From an uncultured Gammaproteobacteria bacterium (lineage in GTDB: Bacteria; Patescibacteriota; Microgenomatia; Daviesbacterales; UBA10151): a DNA stretch of 64,000 bases. The position numbers and the translations under genes are program-made. The notes under the pieces were generated by a model, which saw only the letters and a list, made by a program, of their open reading frames with translations, did not search any database and was not told the origin of the DNA. This document shows, piece after piece, positions 48,503 through 58,190 of this stretch (the stretch's first letter is position 1; each line of letters begins with the position of its first letter). The stretch spans positions 1,902-65,901 of the forward strand of contig CAYQAW010000005.1 in the NCBI GenBank assembly GCA_964415615.1, in the 5' to 3' direction.

Positions 48503-49042
48503 ATGATGGATGATAAACAGGATATTTGCCCAAAATGTAGTTCTCCTTTATCTGAAGTTACAGAAACTTCAACAGGAAAAAAACTGCAGCGTTGCAGTAA
48601 GGGTTTTTGGAATAAGGAAACACACAAAAATGAAGGTTGCGAGTATGTAAAATGGCTTGCAGTTGAGCCAAAAGAGTTGGATGAAAAGTGCCCCAAGTGT
48701 GGATCTCATTTAATGCTGCAAGTTACCCGTTTTGGTAAAAAGATGAAGAAATGCTCAACTGGAGGTTGGGATAAAGAAGCTAAAAAGGCTACAGGTTGTG
48801 ACTTCGTTGAGTGGATTAATGGAAGCAGTGAGCCTTTAGATTTGGATTGTCCGGATTGTGGAAAGAAATTAGTGCTTTTTACAACTTCTTCCGGTAAAAA
48901 GATGGAAAAATGCTCAACAGCTGGTTGGGATGCTGCAGCAAGACTTGCTACAGGCTGTGCTTATATCAGATGGTTAAAACCAGGAGAAGTGCCAGTCAGC
49001 AGCGCTGGAGAAGAATTTCTTTCTCCAGAACCAAAGATTTAG
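48503..49042 (+). CDS. Topoisomerase-I-type zinc-ribbon protein with three repeats (YrdD-like)
   Basis: Three ~60-aa repeats. Each has CPxCG...L, then GKKMxKCSxGGW, then GC.Y/F..W (four Cys per repeat). Confidence 0.6.
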   Translation: MMDDKQDICPKCSSPLSEVTETSTGKKLQRCSKGFWNKETHKNEGCEYVKWLAVEPKELDEKCPKCGSHLMLQVTRFGKKMKKCSTGGWDKEAKKATGCDFVEWINGSSEPLDLDCPDCGKKLVLFTTSSGKKMEKCSTAGWDAAARLATGCAYIRWLKPGEVPVSSAGEEFLSPEPKI

Positions 49043-49290
49043 AAATTATTAAATAGTACAAAATATTAACTTCCTGATATAATCTCCAAGTATGAGTTTA
49101 AGTGTAGGAATGGACAAGTCCAGAATCAACATTTTGTATTTCCTCAATTGGTAAATAACACAAAAATTCCATATGAGCTTGTAATTAACCTTCCCAAACC
49201 CAGATATGAGAGGAATGTAACTGAAAGGGATAAATTTGGAAGGATTTTGCATTCCCAACCATTAGAATCCTTGGTGTAGAATAAAATCAG

Positions 49291-49911
49291 ATGAAACCAG
49301 TTAAGCAAAAGCTTTCTTTTTCGAAGAAAAATAGTGGTTTTGCGAAGCAAAAACTTTATTGTTATGTTGATGAATCAGGTCAGGATACAAAAGGAGATGT
49401 TTTTGTAGTATCAATTGTAGTTACTGGTAAAGAAAGAGATGAGTTATTAACCCTTTGTGAGGAAATTGAAAAAGAAAGTGGTAAAGGAAAATTTAAGTGG
49501 GGCAAAGCTGAGCATAATCGTAGAATGGAGTATATTAAGAGGATATTCTCAAGTAAGATCTTTAGAGGTAAACTCCGTTATACAGTTTATAAAGAACAAG
49601 TCAATTATGACATGGCAACTATCATGGGAATTGCCAAAGCTGTTCACTTTAAAGAGCCTAAAGAATATACAACTTTAGTCTATGTAGATGGTTTAGCTAA
49701 GACTAAAAGAATGGAATATGGAAGTGAATTAAGAAAACTTGGCGTGCCTACCAGAAAAGTTCAAGGTGTAAGCAGAGATGAGAATAATGCTTTAACCAGA
49801 CTAGCTGATGCTATAGCTGGGTTTGTCAGAGATGTATTGAGAAAAGAGGGTGAGGATATGGAAAAGCTTTTCCAAGAGGCTATTAAGGAAGAAAGTTTAA
49901 TTAAAGTTTAA
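49291..49911 (+). CDS. DUF3800-family protein
   Basis: N-terminal CYVDESGQD (the YIDESG motif of DUF3800). Confidence 0.5.
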   Translation: MKPVKQKLSFSKKNSGFAKQKLYCYVDESGQDTKGDVFVVSIVVTGKERDELLTLCEEIEKESGKGKFKWGKAEHNRRMEYIKRIFSSKIFRGKLRYTVYKEQVNYDMATIMGIAKAVHFKEPKEYTTLVYVDGLAKTKRMEYGSELRKLGVPTRKVQGVSRDENNALTRLADAIAGFVRDVLRKEGEDMEKLFQEAIKEESLIKV

Positions 49912-49914
49912 CCA

Positions 49915-49941
49915 AAAAAAACCACCCACAAGGGGTGGTAG
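49915..49941 (-). terminator. Hairpin plus T8 on the minus strand (A8 plus hairpin on the plus strand)
   Basis: aaaaaaaa-ccaccc-acaa-ggggtgg. The minus-strand reading is a stem followed by TTTTTTTT. Confidence 0.3.
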
Positions 49942-50244
49942 AACCTAGTCTTTCGACAGCTTACCGATACGGCCAGTTTTTGGTTCGATTTGTCTATATA
50001 TTACCATAAAACTCACAAATAGACAAATTTCTGTAAAATCTGATATCTAGATAAATATAAATCCAAGGTTACTCTTACTTTGTTCATACATAGCTTTAAT
50101 TATATCTTAAATGCTTTGAGGTAATCTAAGTCATTAGAAGTTAGTATCAGGAGATAGGCACAGCTTAAAAAAATTAAAGGTTTGAAATTAGGTTCAGAGA
50201 TTGGAGGTTTGCAAAAGAAGCATTTATGAAAGCATTTAAAAAAT

Positions 50245-50715
50245 TTGGAGGAGGTGATAGATAAAATGGCAATCGTTAGATGGAATCCTATTAGAGCTAT
50301 TGATAGATTTTTTGATGATGATTTTGACTTTGACCTTCCTACACTTCCAGGCATATCAAGGCTGGCTGGACAAGGATTAAATCTTTATGAAACTGATAAT
50401 GAAATAGTAGCAGAGGCAGCTGTACCTGGTATTCCTGAAGACAAAGTGGATGTGACTGTTGATAACGGAGTGGTAAGAGTTACTGGCTCCTATGAGGATA
50501 CACAGGAAGATAAAGGTAAGAAAAGGTACTACATGTCATCTATGTCTTCTTCATACAATTATGCCTTTAGATTACCTGAAGGAGCAGTCAAAGACAAAGA
50601 GCCAGCTTGTGAATTAGATAATGGGGTATTAAGAATTAAGTTTGAAAAGGCTCAAAAAGCAGCACCAAAAAGGCTTAAGATTCTAACAAAATCTAAACCA
50701 AAAGAGCTCCAATAG
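50245..50715 (+). CDS. Small heat-shock protein (Hsp20 / alpha-crystallin family)
   Basis: Alpha-crystallin domain pattern (VRVTGSYEDTQ...GVLRIKFEK). Confidence 0.8.
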   Translation: MEEVIDKMAIVRWNPIRAIDRFFDDDFDFDLPTLPGISRLAGQGLNLYETDNEIVAEAAVPGIPEDKVDVTVDNGVVRVTGSYEDTQEDKGKKRYYMSSMSSSYNYAFRLPEGAVKDKEPACELDNGVLRIKFEKAQKAAPKRLKILTKSKPKELQ

Positions 50716-50740
50716 AGTTGCCTAAGGGAGGTAAGAGAGT

Positions 50741-51196
50741 ATGGCAAAAGAATTTGTGACTAAAACAGGTAATACCCTAGCATGGGTGGCGATAGGAATT
50801 TCAATCCTAGCATTGATTATTTCTCTTATGGCTTTAAACCAACCAGCTAGAGTAAGACCAGCTTCAGAAACTGCCTCTCAGGATTTACAAACTCAAATTA
50901 AGTCACTTCAACAACAATTTGATATAAATCAAGCCCGTCAAAAATTAGAGGATGTAAGGCAGAGAGTAGCCACAGGTGGTGCAGATATGACACAAATACA
51001 AAAGGATATAGCACAAATTAGAAATGATTTAAGAGAAAGATTTCAAAATGCAGCAGAGATAACTAAACAATCTTGGCAACAATTAGATGATGAGTTAAAC
51101 CAGGTGGAAATAAGTTTAAAGGAAGGTGGAGCTAATATTTTAGATGCTATAGATAAAGCTATAAATACATTGAAGACAAAAATCAGATATGGATAA
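50741..51196 (+). CDS. Hypothetical membrane-anchored coiled-coil protein
   Basis: One TM segment, then heptad-like Q/L-rich sequence. Confidence 0.4.
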   Translation: MAKEFVTKTGNTLAWVAIGISILALIISLMALNQPARVRPASETASQDLQTQIKSLQQQFDINQARQKLEDVRQRVATGGADMTQIQKDIAQIRNDLRERFQNAAEITKQSWQQLDDELNQVEISLKEGGANILDAIDKAINTLKTKIRYG

Positions 51197-51336
51197 ACAA
51201 AAGACTAGCTATGAAATGTCAAGTATTAAAAATTAATACAGCTAAAAGCTCTTCAAGGAGGTGTACGTTGTACCCAAAACTTTGAGTAATTCGAATATAT
51301 CAAATTACTTAAGTACATTATGAAAGGAAGTGTCAG

Positions 51337-51870
51337 TTGCCTGGGGTAAATGCTGCTATTTTGGATGGAATGGTGTGGAATGAATTAATGAAATTTGTAA
51401 AGAATCCAACACTTCTAAAAAGTAAAGTTGAAGAAGTTTTAAGAGAAAGAAAAGAAAAAGCTGCTGATAAGCTGGAAAACGATAGATTAACCAGTCTTGT
51501 TAGTAAGATCGAGGAAGAAGAGCAAAGATATGCAAAAGCCTATGGATCAGGTTCTTTAGATTTTGAGCAATTTAAAGACTTAATGAGAGATGCCAAGAAA
51601 AGAAAACTGATTTTCCAAACCCAGCTTAATAGTTTAAAATCAACCACTCAGGAGGAAGATTTAGATAAGGTTCAGGTAGATGACATTTGCTATGAGGCAA
51701 ATAAGGTACTAAATGAGATAGAATATACAGATAAGTCTAGATTTATTAAAACATTAGTAGATAAAGTAATTATAAAAGAAGGAGGATGGGTTAACGTATG
51801 CGGACATATACCATTGTTTATCCAAAAGTTGGGAGATGAGCCTACGAGTGGGAATAGTTGGATTGCCTAA
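51337..51870 (+). CDS. Hypothetical coiled-coil protein; possibly a C-terminal remnant of a large serine recombinase
   Basis: Coiled-coil plus terminal ...FIKTLVDKVIIKEGGWVNVCGH resembles the tail of serine integrases. No catalytic domain. Confidence 0.25.
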   Translation: MPGVNAAILDGMVWNELMKFVKNPTLLKSKVEEVLRERKEKAADKLENDRLTSLVSKIEEEEQRYAKAYGSGSLDFEQFKDLMRDAKKRKLIFQTQLNSLKSTTQEEDLDKVQVDDICYEANKVLNEIEYTDKSRFIKTLVDKVIIKEGGWVNVCGHIPLFIQKLGDEPTSGNSWIA

Positions 51871-52867
51871 TGTGGGGAAGTCTACTTTATTTAATGCCCT
51901 GTTGAAAAAGAGGGTAGCCCTTAGTGCAAATTATCCTTTTGCCACCATTGAACCAAATGTTGGGGTAGTTGCTGTACCTGATGAGAGATTAGACAAGTTA
52001 GCAGAATTGGTTAAAAATGAAGAGAAAATGGTTCAATTGCCTCCTATTGTTCCAGCAATTGTGGAATTTGTAGATATTGCAGGTTTAGTTAAAGGTGCTG
52101 CAACTGGAGCAGGACTGGGTAACCAGTTTTTGTCTCACATAAGGGAAGTAGATGCCATAATTCATGTGTTAAGGGATTTTTCTGATTCTAATATTATCAG
52201 AGAGGGAAGTATTGCCCCTGATGAAGATAAATTGATAGTAGAGACAGAATTAGGTCTGGCTGATTTGGAAACTTTAGAGAAATTATTAAAAGATAAAGCT
52301 CTGGAACCAGAAAAAAAAGAGATATTAAATAAAATAAAAGAAGACCTGGATGCAGGCAGAAATCCTGGAATTTATCCTGATTTACCATTACTGTCTACAA
52401 AACCTGTTTTGTTAGTTTTTAATGTTTCAGAGGAGGAATATAAACAAAAAGTTACTGGCCAGAAACAAAATGAAATGGTTATATCAGCCAGACTGGAAGA
52501 AGAATTGGCTGATTTATCTGAGCAAGAGAGGGTGGAGTATCTAAAAGAGCTAGGAATAGAACAGACTGGTTTGGAAAGGCTGATTAAAAAAGCTTACAGC
52601 CTGCTTGGTTTGATCTCCTTTTTAACAGCAGGCAAAAAGGAAGTTAGGGCTTGGACTATTCAAAAAGGGACCAAGGCTCTACAGGCAGCAGGGGTTATCC
52701 ATACAGATTTTGAAAAAAAGTTTATCAGGGCTCAGATTGTTTCTTATGAGAAACTAATAGAAGCAGGTTCTTTAGCTGCTGCTAAACAAAAGGGTTGGGT
52801 AAGAACTGAAGGAAAAGATTATGAGATGAGAGATGGAGATGTGGTGGAATTTTTAATTGGTTCATAG
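51836..52867 (+). CDS. ychF: Ribosome-binding ATPase YchF (Obg-like)
   Basis: GIVGLPNVGKSTLFNAL G1 motif and a TGS C-terminal domain. Confidence 0.85.
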   Translation: MSLRVGIVGLPNVGKSTLFNALLKKRVALSANYPFATIEPNVGVVAVPDERLDKLAELVKNEEKMVQLPPIVPAIVEFVDIAGLVKGAATGAGLGNQFLSHIREVDAIIHVLRDFSDSNIIREGSIAPDEDKLIVETELGLADLETLEKLLKDKALEPEKKEILNKIKEDLDAGRNPGIYPDLPLLSTKPVLLVFNVSEEEYKQKVTGQKQNEMVISARLEEELADLSEQERVEYLKELGIEQTGLERLIKKAYSLLGLISFLTAGKKEVRAWTIQKGTKALQAAGVIHTDFEKKFIRAQIVSYEKLIEAGSLAAAKQKGWVRTEGKDYEMRDGDVVEFLIGS

Positions 52868-53835
52868 TAAACCCCTTTGGTTGTCCCTCTTTTTCTGATT
52901 AAACCTTGATCTGCTAGTTTTTTTAGATCATAACGTAGTGTCCTTTCGTTTATAGACATAAATCTTCTTTTGATAGTATCAAAGTTTATAAGCGCGTGGT
53001 CTTTTATAATATTTAAAATCTCTGCCCTTCTAGGAAGCAATAGGTCTTCCATACTCACTTTTTGTTTTTCCAGAATTTGTTGTTTAGCCTTTTCTGATGC
53101 AGAGGATATAGCCTCTAACATAAATTGTAAAAAATCTGTGACATCATTTTCTGATGATTCCAGTGTTTGATAATAAGCAGAGCGGTGGTTATCTAAATAT
53201 TCCTCAATTACTGCCAGTCCCTTCATACCATAATCTCCTTTATTCAAAACTGCTTGTAGAAATAATCGGCCTATTCTGCCATTTCCATCTAAAAAGGGAT
53301 GAATTTTTTCAAAGGTATAATGAGTTAAACAAGCTTTAATGGGAGTAAATTGTTCTTTAGAACTATTTACAAACTTTAATAGTTTGGTAATTAGTGAGGA
53401 TATCTTACCAGGTGATGGAGGCATATAAATGGCAATACCAGCAGAATTAAAAATAGCGCTAACTTCAACTCTGAATCTTCCCAGATCTGATTTTTCTATT
53501 AAGTTACCCATAACCATTTGATGTAGAGTTAGCAAATCCTTAGTATTAAAATCCCGCGCGCTTCTTTGAATAATCCATTCTAAAGCTTTTAAAATATTAA
53601 AAATTTCACGGCGTTTTTGGTCTTTGGAAGAAAGTTGAGAGAGGGTATCTTCTGTTGTATTGTTGCCTTCAATACGGGCAGAAAAAAGAGAGCTTTTTAA
53701 AATTGATTTTCTTCTAATATTAATTTCTATCTCTAAAGGTGTGAAAATAGAATTAATTACTTCTTTGTTGGCCTCGATAGTTTGAAGAAGCTGAGATATT
53801 TTTGGAGTTAAAAAGTATTTAGGAGGAATTTGCAT
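52819..53835 (-). CDS. Fic-family protein (Fido domain plus C-terminal winged helix)
   Basis: Canonical Fic motif HPFLDGNGRIGR. Its 3' end overlaps the ychF 3' end convergently by ~49 nt. Confidence 0.85.
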   Translation of the reverse strand: MQIPPKYFLTPKISQLLQTIEANKEVINSIFTPLEIEINIRRKSILKSSLFSARIEGNNTTEDTLSQLSSKDQKRREIFNILKALEWIIQRSARDFNTKDLLTLHQMVMGNLIEKSDLGRFRVEVSAIFNSAGIAIYMPPSPGKISSLITKLLKFVNSSKEQFTPIKACLTHYTFEKIHPFLDGNGRIGRLFLQAVLNKGDYGMKGLAVIEEYLDNHRSAYYQTLESSENDVTDFLQFMLEAISSASEKAKQQILEKQKVSMEDLLLPRRAEILNIIKDHALINFDTIKRRFMSINERTLRYDLKKLADQGLIRKRGTTKGVYYEPIKNSTTSPSLIS

Positions 53836-53900
53836 GGTAATTTCCTAATATTACCAGATATTTCCTAATCTTGCCAGATATTGCCTAATCTGTCCAAAAA
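53836..53900. repeat. Three tandem ~20-bp direct repeats (TTTCCTAATATTACCAGATA-like) directly upstream of fic; putative operator
   Basis: tttcctaatattaccagata / tttcctaatcttgccagata / ttgcctaatctgtccaaaaa. Confidence 0.6.
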
Positions 53901-53950
53901 AAATTTGCTATTGAATCTTAATGGATTATCCTGTAAAATTGCTTAAGTTT

Positions 53951-54220
53951 ATGAACAATTATAATTTAACACTAGTTTTAAAACCTAATTTGGAAGAGAA
54001 AGCCCGCCAAGCGCTTTTGGAATCTTTAAAAAAGAAATTTGCCAAGGTAGAAAAAGAAGATCTCTGGGGACAGCGTTCTTTGGCTTACCCGATTAAAAAA
54101 CAAACTTCTGGGTTTTATGCTCATTTTGTAATTGAAGCTGAGCCTAAAATTGCCAAAGAGCTTGACAAAACTTTGAGATCAGAGGAAGATGTATTGCGGT
54201 ATTTGTTTGTAAGGGTTTAA
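53951..54220 (+). CDS. rpsF: 30S ribosomal protein S6
   Basis: MNNYNLTLVLKPNLEE... Sits in the rpsF-ssb-rpsR arrangement. Confidence 0.8.
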   Translation: MNNYNLTLVLKPNLEEKARQALLESLKKKFAKVEKEDLWGQRSLAYPIKKQTSGFYAHFVIEAEPKIAKELDKTLRSEEDVLRYLFVRV

Positions 54221-54226
54221 TAATTT

Positions 54227-54709
54227 ATGGCTTCAAGATCGTGGAATAGGATTGAGCTGATAGGTAATTTAACAAGGGATCCAGAACTCCGTTATACTCC
54301 TTCTGGCAGCGCAGTAGTCACTTTTGGCATTGCCACAAACCGTTATTACACCACCTCTGATGGTGAGAAAAAAGAAGAAACAGATTTTCACAGATTAGTT
54401 GCCTGGAATAAATTAGCAGAAATTTGTAACCAATTCCTCAAAAAAGGCATGAAAGTATTTGTTTCGGGGCGTTTGCAATACAGGGAATGGGAAGGCCAGG
54501 ATGGTCAAAAAAGAAGAGATGCAGAAATTACTATAGAAGATATGATAATCCTTTCTCCAAAAGGAACAGGGGAGCCAATGACTGTCAGAGAAGAAGAATC
54601 CAAGATAGAAGAGAAAAAGACAGAAGAAATAAAAGAAGCAGAACCTGAAGCACCTGCAGTTGTAGAGAAAGCCCCTCAAGAAGAGGTTAAAGACGATCTG
54701 CCATTTTAA
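54227..54709 (+). CDS. ssb: Single-stranded DNA-binding protein
   Basis: OB-fold N-terminus NRIELIGNLTRDPELRYTPSG; acidic tail ending DDLPF. Confidence 0.9.
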   Translation: MASRSWNRIELIGNLTRDPELRYTPSGSAVVTFGIATNRYYTTSDGEKKEETDFHRLVAWNKLAEICNQFLKKGMKVFVSGRLQYREWEGQDGQKRRDAEITIEDMIILSPKGTGEPMTVREEESKIEEKKTEEIKEAEPEAPAVVEKAPQEEVKDDLPF

Positions 54710-54752
54710 GGCACTCTTGTTCCTAAGTTAGATTTAAGATATAATCCCACAT

Positions 54753-55055
54753 ATGGCTGAGAAGAAAATAACCAGAAAAATTACTAAAGTCTCAAAAGAG
54801 GCAAACGAACCTGTTGAGAAACCAGTTGAAGCAGAAGCAGAAAAAGTAGTCAGAAAAAAAGTCTGCTTTTTTTGCCAAAGCAAAACCACTCCTTCTTATA
54901 CTGATACATCAGTTTTACGTCACTATCTTTCTGATAGGGTAAAAATTGTCTCAAAACTTAAGAGCAATGTTTGTAGCAGACATCAAAGAGCAGTTACTAA
55001 ACAGATCAAGTATGCCAGGCATTTAGGCTTACTTCCTTTTGTCCCCAAAGTTTAA
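54753..55055 (+). CDS. rpsR: 30S ribosomal protein S18
   Basis: CFFC...YTDTSVLRHYLSDRVKI...RHQRAVTKQIKYARHLGLLPF. Confidence 0.85.
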   Translation: MAEKKITRKITKVSKEANEPVEKPVEAEAEKVVRKKVCFFCQSKTTPSYTDTSVLRHYLSDRVKIVSKLKSNVCSRHQRAVTKQIKYARHLGLLPFVPKV

Positions 55056-55057
55056 TT

Positions 55058-55140
55058 CAGTTCATAGTTATTAGTTCATAGTTCATAGAAAAAAACTACC
55101 AACTACTAACTACAAACTAAAAACTATCTAGTGTAAACTA
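55058..55140. repeat. AT-rich simple repeats (gttcatag x3; actaactacaaactaaaaacta)
   Basis: Seen directly in the sequence. Low complexity, intergenic. Confidence 0.5.
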
Positions 55141-55145
55141 GATCT

Positions 55146-55814
55146 ATGCCCAAGTTATCCGGCTTGTTTGATAGCTTTGATAATTTAGATCAAATTCTTC
55201 CTGAAGATATAGCTTCCTTTCTAAAACCTGTTCCTCAGCTTGCTACTCTGGAAGATTATTTGGCAAATAGAATTTTATATCCTCAAGCCATACCGCAAAC
55301 AGCCTTTGATATGCAGATAGATCTGGGTATTCTCAGGGAGGCTTTAAAAATGAATGGACCTAAGCCCGGTATAGATAAAAATAATGCTCTGCTTGGTAGT
55401 AATCCATTTTTAAATATTACTTTAAGGAAGTTACTGGTACCTGCAAAATTTCTTAATTTTGTGCCAAATCTTGCTCAATTAACACAGGTTTTTATAGACG
55501 CCCTACTTTTGGATAGAAAAAAAGAAGATTGGTTTGAAGATTTGTGGACTATTGTTTTAACAGATGATACTGATGAGATAGTGGGTTCTATAATTTTAAC
55601 CCAGTTTGATGGCAGTGGCGGAGTGATGGAACTAAGCGTACTTAATAAGAATTACCAGATTAGGCAAGGCAGCATGATGGTGATATCTTGTCCTAAAGAC
55701 AGGTGTGAGATATCGTATAAGCTCAAAGGGGGTCATGTTTTAGGTAAGACTGAGAGCGCAATTGAAGTTTATGGTGGAAAACTGGGTGTAATGGTTGATG
55801 GGAGGGGGCCATGA
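55146..55814 (+). CDS. Hypothetical protein
   Basis: ORF with an ATGA overlap to the next ORF. No recognisable motifs. Confidence 0.4.
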   Translation: MPKLSGLFDSFDNLDQILPEDIASFLKPVPQLATLEDYLANRILYPQAIPQTAFDMQIDLGILREALKMNGPKPGIDKNNALLGSNPFLNITLRKLLVPAKFLNFVPNLAQLTQVFIDALLLDRKKEDWFEDLWTIVLTDDTDEIVGSIILTQFDGSGGVMELSVLNKNYQIRQGSMMVISCPKDRCEISYKLKGGHVLGKTESAIEVYGGKLGVMVDGRGP

Positions 55815-56956
55815 AGTATTTTGCCCCTGTTAGAATCAGAATAGAAAAAGATGTGGTAACGCTGGTTACCAGAGTTTTAAGAGGGAAAGGAACCTTGAAT
55901 GTTAATGTGGGCCAACAGGTTAGCCCTGAGGAAATAATAGGTACTGGAGAAGTGACTTCAGGATTTAGAACATTAAACTTATCTACGCTGCTTTCTGTTG
56001 CACCTGAGCAGGTGGAAAAATTCCTTATAAAACAAATTGGCCAACGGATTTACCAGGGTGAACTTCTAGCTTACAGAAAAGGAGGATTTTTTACTCCTAA
56101 AAAACAGATCACTTCGCCTACAGATGGGATACTTGATTTTTTCAATAATAAAACTGGGGAATTAAAGATTTCTCTTGCTCCCAGGAAAGCAGATTTGCCA
56201 GCAGGGGTTTATGGAATAATTGATATGGTTGATCAGAGTCGTGGTCAAGTTATGATCCGTACTCAAGTGAGCAGAATTTATGGTATATGTGGTTCTGGCA
56301 GATCCCGCGATGGTATTTTACATATTTTAGGTAAAAAAGATGAGTTAGTCCCTAAAAATATGATCCAAAATAAATTCGATGGGCAGATATTAGTGGGGGG
56401 CAGTTTGTTTTTTAAAGATACTATCTCTGCTTCAATTTCAGCTGGTGTTTCAGGAATTATTATCGGAGGTATCAATGCTACAGATTACAAAGGCATGGCT
56501 GGCGGGCGTTTGAGTTTTCCTAAGAAATTAGATAATGATATAGGTATTTCAATTATAGTTTGTGAGGGGTTTGGATCAATTCCTTTGGGTAATGATATTT
56601 TTGACGAATTAAAAGAATATGAAGGGAGATTTGTTTTTATTGATGGAAATAAAGCAGTAGTCAGCCTGCCTTCACCTGTTTCATCTAGCTTAATTAAAGT
56701 AAAAAACACAGGAATACCTATGCAGCAGACTAATGATTTTGTATCAGGAAATCCTGCGGAGCAGATTTTACAGCTTAGTGTGGGTATGAAAGTTAGAGTG
56801 GTGGGCAATTATTATCTTGCAGCGCAGGGGAAGCTTTTGGCAGTGGACGATTCTCCAACCCTTTTGCCTTCTGGGATTAAAACCTGCCTGGCAACAGTGG
56901 AAACAGCCAGCAAAAAGATTCAGGTGCCAGTTGCTAACTTAGAGGTAATGATGTAA
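55811..56956 (+). CDS. Hypothetical protein (Gly-rich beta-like segments)
   Basis: 381 aa, co-directional, upstream of ctpA/htrA. No recognisable catalytic motif. Confidence 0.4.
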   Translation: MKYFAPVRIRIEKDVVTLVTRVLRGKGTLNVNVGQQVSPEEIIGTGEVTSGFRTLNLSTLLSVAPEQVEKFLIKQIGQRIYQGELLAYRKGGFFTPKKQITSPTDGILDFFNNKTGELKISLAPRKADLPAGVYGIIDMVDQSRGQVMIRTQVSRIYGICGSGRSRDGILHILGKKDELVPKNMIQNKFDGQILVGGSLFFKDTISASISAGVSGIIIGGINATDYKGMAGGRLSFPKKLDNDIGISIIVCEGFGSIPLGNDIFDELKEYEGRFVFIDGNKAVVSLPSPVSSSLIKVKNTGIPMQQTNDFVSGNPAEQILQLSVGMKVRVVGNYYLAAQGKLLAVDDSPTLLPSGIKTCLATVETASKKIQVPVANLEVMM

Positions 56957-56969
56957 AGTTTCCTGTTAT

Positions 56970-58190
56970 ATGAAAGATTTCCTCAAGAATATGAATCCCA
57001 GAATTGTTTTAATAGTAATTTTAGCATTTCTTTTAGGCTGGCAATTGGGTCATAAAGATGTACAGATTAAAGTAGCTGCCTATAGGCCCTCAATTTCCAT
57101 AATAAATAAAGAACCTCCAAAGCAGATTAATGTAGACTTTAAGCTATTTTGGGACACTTGGGATCTTTTATACCGCTCTTATTTAAATAAAAAAACAATA
57201 GATCCTAACAAATTATTTTATGGGGCTATTTCTGGGATGGTTTCTGCTTTAGGTGATCCTTATACAGTCTTTTTACCACCAGATCAGCAAAAATTTACCA
57301 AGGATGAATTAAATGGCAGTTTTGAAGGTGTAGGGATTCAACTTGGTTTTAATAAAGATAAGAGATTGGTGGTTATAGCTCCACTTTCAGGAACACCTGC
57401 TCAGAAGGCAGGAATCAAACCTGGAGATCAGATTATTAAAATTGATGATAGAGATACTACCAATATGGCGCTTCCAGAGGCAGTTAATCTAATCAGAGGC
57501 ACTAAGGGTACCCAGATAACTTTAACTATTTTTAGAGAAGGAGATACAGACACTAAATCTTTTATTTTAAAAAGAGATACGATCATTGTTAAAAGTGTAG
57601 AGGTTTCTTACAAAGAGACAAAGTCCGGTAAAAAAGTGGCAGTTATTAAATTATCACGTTTCGGTGAAAGAACAGAAGACGAGTGGAAGAGTGGTATCTC
57701 TGATTTAATTTCAGCAAATTCTCAGGCAGTTGTGTTAGATTTAAGAAATAATCCAGGTGGATTCCTGGAAGGGGCAGTTTTTATTGGATCAGAGTTTTTA
57801 GATGGAGGGGATGTGGTATTACAAGAGAATAGTGAGGGGGCAAGAACGCCGTTTAAAGTTGTCAGACAAGGAAAATTGACTTCAATACCAATGGTAGCTT
57901 TAATAAATAAAGGATCTGCCTCAGCTTCAGAAATTGTGGCAGGGGCATTGCAGGATCGGAAACGCGGGCAGCTGATAGGTGATCAATCATTTGGTAAGGG
58001 GACGATTCAGGAAGCACAGGAGTTGACGGGAGGGACCGGGATTCATATTACTGTAGCAAAGTGGTTAACACCAAATGGCAAGTGGGTTAATGACACTCAA
58101 GGTCTTGTTCCTGATGTTAAAATAGATATGGATAAAGAAGATACAATCAAGGATCCACAGTTGGATAAAGCATTAGAATTGCTTGATTAG
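56970..58190 (+). CDS. ctpA: Carboxyl-terminal processing protease (S41)
   Basis: PDZ plus S41 catalytic region ...GSASASEIVAGALQD. N-terminal TM. Confidence 0.85.
   Translation: MKDFLKNMNPRIVLIVILAFLLGWQLGHKDVQIKVAAYRPSISIINKEPPKQINVDFKLFWDTWDLLYRSYLNKKTIDPNKLFYGAISGMVSALGDPYTVFLPPDQQKFTKDELNGSFEGVGIQLGFNKDKRLVVIAPLSGTPAQKAGIKPGDQIIKIDDRDTTNMALPEAVNLIRGTKGTQITLTIFREGDTDTKSFILKRDTIIVKSVEVSYKETKSGKKVAVIKLSRFGERTEDEWKSGISDLISANSQAVVLDLRNNPGGFLEGAVFIGSEFLDGGDVVLQENSEGARTPFKVVRQGKLTSIPMVALINKGSASASEIVAGALQDRKRGQLIGDQSFGKGTIQEAQELTGGTGIHITVAKWLTPNGKWVNDTQGLVPDVKIDMDKEDTIKDPQLDKALELLD

Noticed and set aside
49946-49980. ggttcgatt resembling a tRNA T-arm, a possible att remnant
   Set aside because: Only ~9 nt of similarity. 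No acceptor stem or CCA context. Too weak.
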